DNA of 33,579 nucleotides from NCBI GenBank assembly GCA_001275005.1, contig JWZX01003120.1, forward strand, positions 1-33,579, given 5' to 3'. A program made the translations under genes and the position numbers. Origin of the DNA: Chrysochromulina tobinii. Taxonomy: Eukaryota. Below are positions 18,954-26,466 of the stretch, piece by piece (the stretch's first letter is position 1; every line of letters begins with the position of its first letter). Below the pieces are notes generated by a model. The model saw only the letters and a list, made by a program, of their open reading frames with translations. It ran no database searches and was not told the DNA's origin.

Positions 18954-21900
18954 ATGGCTCGCCAATTCAATTCAGGAGTCGACCTGGACAAGCAGGCCGT
19001 CTCAACACCGAGGCGCAGTGGTGGGCAACTGACCCCAACCACTCAATCCACAATGCGAGTGGATGCACGGCGCACAATGCGCAGTGGCGCAGGCGAGCGG
19101 AGTCATGAACCCTCGTCATCTTCGCGTACGCTCGATACTCGACATGTGCAAGTGGACAAATCACTGGCACTCGGGGGCCTCAAGGGCTCCGGCAAGTCGA
19201 TGCCGAGCCCCGGTGCTGTCACCGATGCTCCCAAGGGGCACCAGTTGGTGACGGCCTATGAAGAGGAGCCGCAAGGGCCCTTCAAGATGAGCATCAACAC
19301 GCTCTACCAAACGACACCAATGATCTTCTACACGTTCGCGTGCGTATCTGGTCTCCTCAACATCGGAAGCCTCCTCGTGAACATGCCAGGCGTGCGCCAG
19401 AAGGTGCATGACCTGCGCTGCAAGATCATGGAGTATCTGGTGCGCAAGCAACGTGCATCGAGCAGCCAAGCGCTCGTGCTCGTGCTGAAGCTAGCTGGAT
19501 GGATGATCGTGTCCGCCACGACTGCTGCTCGCCTCAAACATGCTGCGCGACGCGCCGGCCTGCTCTCGCTTTTGAGCGATGTGCCGAGCATGCATGCCGT
19601 CCAACGTGCCCTCAAGTTCGACGACCAGATTGAGGCGCCAGATGTTCTGGAATCGGAGGCCGATTCGACACGCTCCGAACGAGAGTCCGAGAGTGATGCT
19701 GACGAGCATGCCGAACCGGCCACAGATTGGGACACGTTCTGGACGCGCAAGCCGACGCGCGACATGATCCGCACGCTCTCCTCGCAAGAAGTGGAATCCA
19801 ACAAGACGGATCTGACGGTCGCGCGCCTCGACGAGTGGATGCTCAAGTTCATGACGTTCGCTCGGCGCCGTTACCCACAGTTCGGCGAGCTGCTGGAAAT
19901 TGTGTGGACGCTTGCGGACCTCGAGGAGGCCACTTCGCTCGTCACCACTTCAGTGCTTGCGAACGATGCGAACCTGTGGGGCGCGTCCGCGCTCATGTCC
20001 GTCATTGATGTGACGAAGCCCGCCGGCAAAGTCTTCGAGACGGCGATGCTCGATGCAGAGCGTGCCATCGCTGGCACCATGTCCTCGGGCATCGAGATCG
20101 CAGTACGGATTGCTAAGTTGCTCAAGGATCGCCACACGGGTGATGAGGAGGCTGACTATCTCAAGTTCGAGGCCAAGCAGTACCTCAAGCTTGGCCAGGA
20201 CGAGAACTCCATTCGCATCGCGTTCGGCATGATCAAGTCCGACCTCTCCATCTGCCCTAAGCGCATCCGGGAGGCCCCGCATGCGTACCTTCGCTGGCTT
20301 CTCAAGAAGGCGCCGACGGAGATTACCAAGAAGTGCAAGGAGATTGAGCACCAGATCAACGTGGCTGAGCGCCGCCAAGTCGAGCCCATGTTCAACAGCG
20401 AGCTGCTCACCGTCGAAGTTCTCACCTACGAGATGATCGAGATGATCTCGGCGGCTTCGAAGGAGAACCAGATCTCGATCGTCGAGGTGGCGGCCGCTGA
20501 CAAAAAGCGCAAGCTCGCTGCGGACCGCGTCAAGATGTCTAAGAGCCCGCCGTGCGCCAACTGCGGCAGCGCTGAACATGGCTGGGGCGACTGCAAGGCA
20601 ACGACTCTTTGCGGCCTCAAATTCTGCCAGTGCGCGCGGAGCATGGCATGCTGGGTGGAAGCGGACGTGATGCCGACCAAGGACGAGCTCAAGACGGCGC
20701 AAGGGCGCAATCTTCCGGACTCGCTCATCAACAAGCTCAAGGAGACCCGCAAAGGGAAAAACAAACAGGTCTCCGCTGTGGAGATGCTCGATGCTCTCGG
20801 CACCACGACGATGCCCGATGCCCAAACTGATGGCATGCTCGGCCTCGCACTCGTTGACCTGCCGACGCCACTGATCGCGCGGATCTTTGAGCTCGTTCAG
20901 CCTACGCTCGATTCCACGCCTTCGGCCTTTGACCTCGCCACGCTGTGTCATGCCTTCAAAGCGGCTACTGGTGAGTTCATCGAGATGTCCTTCGTGGCGG
21001 ACGATGAGCGCATTGCGCTTGAACGCCAAGAGGCTCGCATCAGCGCCATCGAGGGCTCGGCCGTGCTCGAGGCGAGCGGAGTTGAGCGTGACTATAGCAT
21101 GCAATCTCCAACCTCAGTTACCAGCGATCTTGCAAACCATCGCGCCCAGCTGCCCTGGATGTCACTCGGCCTCCTCGAATGCCTCGCCATCCACTTCCAA
21201 TCGTACGTCCGCATGCAACTCGCCAAGAAGCGCGTGCGTGCTGTGCGCTCTGCACGCCTGCCCAAGCATCCGCAGGAATGCACGCAGATGAGCGCGCCAA
21301 TCGAGACGGAGGTGTGCAGCGCCAGCGTCACGGTCACACGATCGCTCATCGGTGTACCACGGCCGGCAGGACCCGTCTTCGATGGCGAGTATGCTCTGGG
21401 AGTCTGCTGCCGCGAGGTGCACACGCACACGCCCAAGTGCATTCGGCCGCGTGCTCCGACCTCGGAAGACCTCGTGCTCACCATGGTGCACGGCGCCGAA
21501 TGTGAGATCAGCCTTGCCGATCGTCACAGCGTGCCCAAAGGCATGCTCGAAGTGCAGATCGATGGCGGGGCCAATACATGCCTCATCGTCAGCCCCCTGC
21601 TCCGATCCGTGTGCCACGTTAAGCCAGGCACCTCGGGTTCTCTCGGACTCGCAGGAGCAAGCAGCATCCTCGGCCATCAGGGTGAATGCACCTTGACTCT
21701 GTATGGCGGTGCCCACGATGGGACGGCGCCGGTGGCGACCGGCGTGCTGCACGGCGTGAGTGTGGCTGCGGGCAGACGCGACCTCCTCGGCGTTTCGTGC
21801 ATCTGGACGGCGGCACGCATCGCCGTCCTTACGGAACCATGGCTGCTCGCCGTGCACCCGGCCACAGGCCGTGCAGGCCGACTCATTGCCTGGAACGGCC

Positions 21901-24900
21901 TGTACTTTCTCCATGCGGCTCTGGAGTCTGATGGCATCCGTATCATCCTCGATCGGCAGCTCAGACCGCTGGACCTGTCTAGCATGATCGAGTGCTGTGC
22001 GGTCGACGTCACGGCGCACCACACTTATGCCCTGTGGGCTGCTCGGCTCCTCGTCGACGCTGCTGCCCTCAGAAAGCACGTGGGCACGTCGTACGCGATC
22101 GATATCAAGTCCGTGCCGCCGGCGGCGGCGCGCTTCCTCGACACGTGCATGATTCGCGCGTCTACGCGGATGCGCAAACTGCCTCCAATGGAGCGCGCGC
22201 CTGCTGTGAGCCGACCGGTCACGATCGGCGAAAGCTTTCAACTCGACGGCTTCGGGCATGTGTCGTGCAAGGTCGTCGGAGGCAAGGAGACATACCAATG
22301 GCTGGCTCTCGATAGCGTCTCAGACTATGCGCACGAGATGCTGACGGCCAGCTCGGGTCAAGAGTCCCTCTTTGCGTTCCTCGACATCGTGCATGCATAC
22401 GAGACACGCCTCAAGCACTGCCCCAAAGAGCTGCGCTTCGATGCCTGCCCCGTTTGGGCCAACGAGAACGTCAACCTCTTCAAGCAGGCGATCGCCGCTC
22501 GCTACAAGTGCATCGCGATCATCGCAGCCGGAGGAGATCACAACGTCATCCCGAAGCTGGAGGCGGCCCAAGATCCCTTTACGCGCATGGCGGAGGACAT
22601 GCTGCAGCGGGCGCACAAGGAGAAGCCATTCTTCCTCCGCGCGCGTGCCTATGCAGTCCAAGTGCGCAACGACAAGTGCGCCTACGACCAGAAGGCGACT
22701 CGATTCCATCGGCACCATGCAGCACCGTCGGACGTCACGCACTACATCTTCGGTACGCTGTGCGCGGTCCTCAAGGATGGCCACAACTCGCAGCGCGCTC
22801 CTGTGGGCTCGGCCGAGCGCACCGACAACGCGCTCCTGATCGGTTACGAGCCCCTAGCTCGCAAGCGCATGCTCCTCAAGGTGGACACGCAGCAGATCAT
22901 CTACCGCAAGGACGTGCAGCCGCTCAACGAGATGGTGCTCGCGCTCGTGGGCATCCCCTCGGGAGGCGACCTCGCCACGACCGCGGTGCAGACCGATGAT
23001 CCTGGCGAGCTGGCACCCCTGCTCGCGCCAGTGCAGCCGGTGCAGCCTGTGCCTGCGCCGATCATCATTCGCGCGGCCTACGACCCGATCCCGAACGGCA
23101 CCAAGATCGAGATGGGCTTTCATGACACCAAGTCCGGCGAGCTCCGCTACTATGAGGCGACCGTGCGTGGCTCGACGGTCCTTCCAACGGGCAAATGCAT
23201 GACAGACCTCGCCTGGACTGACCCGTCCTGGGATGAGGACAAGCGCTGGCAGGGCAAGCTGTTCGACCTCGCGTCCCAATACACGCCGTGGCGTCTGCCC
23301 AAGCCGACTGCCCCGCCTGCCCTGGCGGTCCGAACGGCGCCAATTCGCGCATCGGCTCGCCTTGCTAAGCCGGTGACTGCCGCTCTCAGCGCTGCGCTCG
23401 AGACGCGCAAGACGAGCGCGACTCAGATCGCCGTGTGCAACGCGATCATCTTCCAAGCCTTCGGAGATGCTCTCGATCTGCACGTGAGTTCCCTCGAGGA
23501 GCTTGACGCCGCGCGGCAGCACATCAGCGACCTTGAAAGCAGCATGGCTCAAGGGGATCCGTACGCTGTGACCGGCCTCGACGAAGTCGCGCCCCTCGAG
23601 TGCAACGGACTGACCCTGGAGGCCTCCAAGGTGCTCAAGAACGTCGTGGAACTCACCGCCGCGGACGGCTCGCCGTACACGCTCGTCGTGCCCAAAGGCG
23701 CCCTCGCCGGGCTGCCTGACGAGGTGGAATGGGGCCTCGCCGATGCCCTCGGGCATGAGTCCGTCCTGTCTCACCCTCTCAATCGGATGGTGAAGCGCAA
23801 GGATGCCAAGGCCACCGGCGCTGTCATCGCACCGTGCGTGGTGCAACGCAGCATCAAGAAGGACCCGGCGACCAACGTCCTCATCACCCGCAAGACGCGC
23901 ATCTGTGCCGACGGCGCTCGCCTGAAGAGGATCATGCTCTCGCAGGGTAAGGAGGATTACGCCCCGACGCACGCGGTCATCTCGGACGACCTCCAGTTCA
24001 AGATGGCACTTGCGACGGCGGCCGCTGGCGACATCCAGGATGCCGACGGCAAGCTGCTCTCGCCGCTCAAGCAGGATTTCCCTCTCGACGGCACCGAGGA
24101 GTCCCTCATGAAGGAGGCCCTCCTCATCGATCAGGCGCTGCACGACCGCCTTGCCGCCGATTCGACGCTTCGCATCGTCCCGCGATCGACGGCAAGCTCT
24201 GATTTCAAGAACGCCTACGTGAAGGCGAAGCGCTTGCGCCCAGTTGGCTTCCTCGACACGGTCACGCCCATGTTCGATGACGAAGGCGACCGCCTGTGCT
24301 ACGAACTCGGTGCTCCGATCTGGGGTGAGGCGCCCGCCGGAAATGAGTGGGAGCAAGATCGCAACGGCAAGATGCGGGCGGCCGGCCTCACGGAGAGCCT
24401 CGAAGTGCCCGGCCTTTGGTACATCGTCGACGCTGCCGTGGACAGCCGCCTCGCGATCATCACCAACGTCGACGACCTCTTCTACACTGAGACGGGCAAC
24501 CGCAACTACGTGCTCACCAACCGCGTCATCAAGTCCTTCAAGGGGGCCTACGGCGAGGACCAGATCACGGTCAAGTACAAGCCCACCTCCTGGAAGGGAT
24601 ACAAGATCGACTGGTCCAAGGATGGGTCTGTTGTCACCATCTCCATGGCTGCCCATGCCGTGGCCCTCGCGCTTGACTGGGTGCCCGAGCTTCTCGACCC
24701 GAGCGTGCCCACGCCGAGTGACATCCTCACGGGCATGAAGCTTCAGGAGGCGTGCGATCGCCTCACCATGCAGGACCCGCGACCCCTCAAGATGAGCCCT
24801 GACGAGAAGGCCACCCAGCAGATCTGCGGTGGCACCAAGTACATCGAGCAGGGCTGCATGCCACGCATGACGCTCATGCAGCACCGCCTCTCGTGCGTCG

Positions 24901-25571
24901 CCTCCGGGGCTGTGCAGCCCCTCGGCAAGCAGGTAGCGCGCTCGCTCGTGGCCTGCATCTACAAGCACCGGCACGAGGGCATCACGTATGGCGGCAACCT
25001 CAACCTTCGCAAGACGATCAAGGGCGGCATGTACGCGCAGCTCGATCTTGCCGACGGCGCTCCCTCCGACATCGAGGTGCACGGCGATGCGACGGTCGAC
25101 GATCGCTCTGTCTACGCGGCTGCAGTCACCTGCAACGGCGGCGCTGTGCTGCACATGGTCAAGAAGCTAAGCACCGCCTCCATCATCAACGATGAGTCCT
25201 CGTGCGAGAATGAAAGCGTCGCGACCAGCCGTTGCTCGCACTTTGCTGTGTACGCCCGAGCGGTCGCGACCGCCTTTGGCATGCCCCCGACGGCGCCGAC
25301 CATCGTTGGCACGGACAACTCGGCTAACCTCACGCTCAGCGCGGGTTCGGCCACGCCCGGACGCGCGAAGCACGCCCTGCGCAGGTGGGCGGCAATTCGC
25401 ATGCGAGTCGCCAGCGGCGCGTGCCGCGTCGTCAAAGTCGATACTGACTCCATGCCGGTCGACTTCATGACAAAGCACAAGGGCCGCAAGCTCATCGACG
25501 CGTCGGTCGCGTATCTCACCAACTCTCGCAACCGCGTCGAGTCCGACGCGGGCGAGGTGGAGGGCGCTTGA
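18954..25571 (+). CDS. Copia gag-pol polyprotein (2,205 aa from ATG 18954)
   Basis: Zinc knuckle CANCGSAEHGWGDC (20553-20594); protease VQIDGGANT (D at 21561); integrase D/D/E at QLD 22245, RFD 22440 and KLE 22560; RT motifs KTRICADG, SDFKNAY, PIWGEAPAGNEW and NVDDL (24465-24476); RNase H HGDA, SSCENES, TDNSA and DSMPVDFMTK. Confidence 0.93.
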   Translation: MARQFNSGVDLDKQAVSTPRRSGGQLTPTTQSTMRVDARRTMRSGAGERSHEPSSSSRTLDTRHVQVDKSLALGGLKGSGKSMPSPGAVTDAPKGHQLVTAYEEEPQGPFKMSINTLYQTTPMIFYTFACVSGLLNIGSLLVNMPGVRQKVHDLRCKIMEYLVRKQRASSSQALVLVLKLAGWMIVSATTAARLKHAARRAGLLSLLSDVPSMHAVQRALKFDDQIEAPDVLESEADSTRSERESESDADEHAEPATDWDTFWTRKPTRDMIRTLSSQEVESNKTDLTVARLDEWMLKFMTFARRRYPQFGELLEIVWTLADLEEATSLVTTSVLANDANLWGASALMSVIDVTKPAGKVFETAMLDAERAIAGTMSSGIEIAVRIAKLLKDRHTGDEEADYLKFEAKQYLKLGQDENSIRIAFGMIKSDLSICPKRIREAPHAYLRWLLKKAPTEITKKCKEIEHQINVAERRQVEPMFNSELLTVEVLTYEMIEMISAASKENQISIVEVAAADKKRKLAADRVKMSKSPPCANCGSAEHGWGDCKATTLCGLKFCQCARSMACWVEADVMPTKDELKTAQGRNLPDSLINKLKETRKGKNKQVSAVEMLDALGTTTMPDAQTDGMLGLALVDLPTPLIARIFELVQPTLDSTPSAFDLATLCHAFKAATGEFIEMSFVADDERIALERQEARISAIEGSAVLEASGVERDYSMQSPTSVTSDLANHRAQLPWMSLGLLECLAIHFQSYVRMQLAKKRVRAVRSARLPKHPQECTQMSAPIETEVCSASVTVTRSLIGVPRPAGPVFDGEYALGVCCREVHTHTPKCIRPRAPTSEDLVLTMVHGAECEISLADRHSVPKGMLEVQIDGGANTCLIVSPLLRSVCHVKPGTSGSLGLAGASSILGHQGECTLTLYGGAHDGTAPVATGVLHGVSVAAGRRDLLGVSCIWTAARIAVLTEPWLLAVHPATGRAGRLIAWNGLYFLHAALESDGIRIILDRQLRPLDLSSMIECCAVDVTAHHTYALWAARLLVDAAALRKHVGTSYAIDIKSVPPAAARFLDTCMIRASTRMRKLPPMERAPAVSRPVTIGESFQLDGFGHVSCKVVGGKETYQWLALDSVSDYAHEMLTASSGQESLFAFLDIVHAYETRLKHCPKELRFDACPVWANENVNLFKQAIAARYKCIAIIAAGGDHNVIPKLEAAQDPFTRMAEDMLQRAHKEKPFFLRARAYAVQVRNDKCAYDQKATRFHRHHAAPSDVTHYIFGTLCAVLKDGHNSQRAPVGSAERTDNALLIGYEPLARKRMLLKVDTQQIIYRKDVQPLNEMVLALVGIPSGGDLATTAVQTDDPGELAPLLAPVQPVQPVPAPIIIRAAYDPIPNGTKIEMGFHDTKSGELRYYEATVRGSTVLPTGKCMTDLAWTDPSWDEDKRWQGKLFDLASQYTPWRLPKPTAPPALAVRTAPIRASARLAKPVTAALSAALETRKTSATQIAVCNAIIFQAFGDALDLHVSSLEELDAARQHISDLESSMAQGDPYAVTGLDEVAPLECNGLTLEASKVLKNVVELTAADGSPYTLVVPKGALAGLPDEVEWGLADALGHESVLSHPLNRMVKRKDAKATGAVIAPCVVQRSIKKDPATNVLITRKTRICADGARLKRIMLSQGKEDYAPTHAVISDDLQFKMALATAAAGDIQDADGKLLSPLKQDFPLDGTEESLMKEALLIDQALHDRLAADSTLRIVPRSTASSDFKNAYVKAKRLRPVGFLDTVTPMFDDEGDRLCYELGAPIWGEAPAGNEWEQDRNGKMRAAGLTESLEVPGLWYIVDAAVDSRLAIITNVDDLFYTETGNRNYVLTNRVIKSFKGAYGEDQITVKYKPTSWKGYKIDWSKDGSVVTISMAAHAVALALDWVPELLDPSVPTPSDILTGMKLQEACDRLTMQDPRPLKMSPDEKATQQICGGTKYIEQGCMPRMTLMQHRLSCVASGAVQPLGKQVARSLVACIYKHRHEGITYGGNLNLRKTIKGGMYAQLDLADGAPSDIEVHGDATVDDRSVYAAAVTCNGGAVLHMVKKLSTASIINDESSCENESVATSRCSHFAVYARAVATAFGMPPTAPTIVGTDNSANLTLSAGSATPGRAKHALRRWAAIRMRVASGACRVVKVDTDSMPVDFMTKHKGRKLIDASVAYLTNSRNRVESDAGEVEGA

Positions 25572-25589
25572 GCGGTACAGGGCCGTCAC

Positions 25590-25604
25590 ATTGGGGGGGA
25601 CGCG
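25590..25604 (+). promoter_or_regulatory. Upstream copy of the PPT + LTR-start motif (ATTGGGGGGGACGCG)
   Basis: 15-bp identity with 25832-25846. Confidence 0.75.
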
Positions 25605-25715
25605 GTGCACCGAAGCACTGCCGTACCTACAAGAGCTCGTGCACACGGCAAAACATCGAGCGGGCCTCTGGGCCATGCGCTTGAAAGCGACGTCGGTGAC
25701 GGGCTCGGGAACAGA

Positions 25716-25798
25716 CGCCTAGGGACCGCTGAAGTACCAGGCGACATCGCAACAGGTCGCCTCGGGACCACTGAGGTACCAGGCGACATCGCAACAGG
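25716..25798. repeat. 42-bp tandem repeat x2 between the pol stop and the 3' LTR
   Basis: cgcct(a/c)gggacc(g/a)ctga(a/g)gtaccaggcgacatcgcaacagg at 25716 and 25758. Confidence 0.9.
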
Positions 25799-25831
25799 GA
25801 ACGACAATGCCAACGCCATCAAGGACGTCGG

Positions 25832-25842
25832 ATTGGGGGGGA
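25832..25842 (+). promoter_or_regulatory. Polypurine tract (G7A) adjacent to the 3' LTR
   Basis: ATTGGGGGGGA directly precedes the CGCGTGAG LTR start. Confidence 0.8.
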
Positions 25843-26071
25843 CGCGTGAGACCGGGATGGTCTCACCCCTCTACGTGAGGGAATACACACCGCAAGTGTC
25901 GGCGGCATGCCTGGCATGCATGCGGGTTTGTCGGAAGGTGTTTCCTAATTTGTGTTTGACAAAGCTGTGGAGCAAAAGCCCGCCGCACCCCGCGTCCGCA
26001 TCGACGCGGTCAGGCCGACCGTGCACCCGATCAGGGGCTGCAGCGACCAGTGGGATCCGCAGTGTCAAGCG
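25843..26071 (+). repeat. 3' LTR (229 bp)
   Basis: CGCGTGAGACC...CAGTGTCAAGCG; similarity to the 5' LTR stops after AAGCG. Confidence 0.88.
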
Positions 26072-26466
26072 GCTAAAGGTGTTGAGCCCTGTAGTGTACT
26101 AGACTTAGCAAGACTTTGTTCGGAAAAAGGTGGGCAACCGGCAAGAGCTAAGCGCGACGAACTTGACCGCGGAGACCTGAGACCTTCTGAGTCCAGGCCC
26201 ACATCGCATAGATACATAGTTAGGGTCCCTACACCGAGGTAACAATCGTGTCTCAGTCTTAGGAGTCTGTTCTGATCCAGATCGAGGATCCTACTTCCTA
26301 CCGGTACCGCGATTGCCGCGGTCTTCTTGCGCAGCGACGGGGCAGACTCGAAGACCGCACATCGAGCATCGTGGCAAACACTGCTGGTGATTGTGCCCGC
26401 CACGGCGCGAGAATGCCAGTGTCTGATTGAGATACCGAGAAGCGCAGACGAAGACCGGGGGGTGGC

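Larger units (their letters stand above)
18704..26071 (+). mobile_element. Ty1/copia-type LTR retrotransposon (~7.37 kb) with non-canonical termini
   Basis: Direct terminal repeats at 18704-18931 and 25843-26071; PBS immediately after the 5' LTR; G7 PPT immediately before the 3' LTR; a single ORF in the order gag-PR-IN-RT-RNaseH (copia order). Confidence 0.93.

Noticed and set aside
22854..25154. 766-aa minus-strand ORF (and the 384-aa and 378-aa ORFs) antisense to gag-pol
   Set aside because: Antisense shadows expected from GC-rich codon bias; no motifs, and the plus strand has clear RT/RNase H domains
25716..25798. CRISPR-like repeat
   Set aside because: Two adjacent copies with no spacers, in a eukaryotic retroelement context and with no cas genes
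18708..26067. Canonical TG...CA boundaries with ACGCG/AGCGG as an imperfect TSD
   Set aside because: The same flanking bases occur at the internal LTR junctions next to the PPT and PBS, so they are element sequence rather than target duplication
25605..26102. Possible env-like or ORF2 downstream of pol
   Set aside because: GTG start, no TM or signal peptide, runs through the 3' LTR; its openness is explained by GC content and a 42-bp repeat
26079..26244. TGTT...AACA-bounded segment after the 3' LTR, a possible solo LTR or MITE
   Set aside because: Only 4-bp inverted ends, no TSD and no second copy in the window
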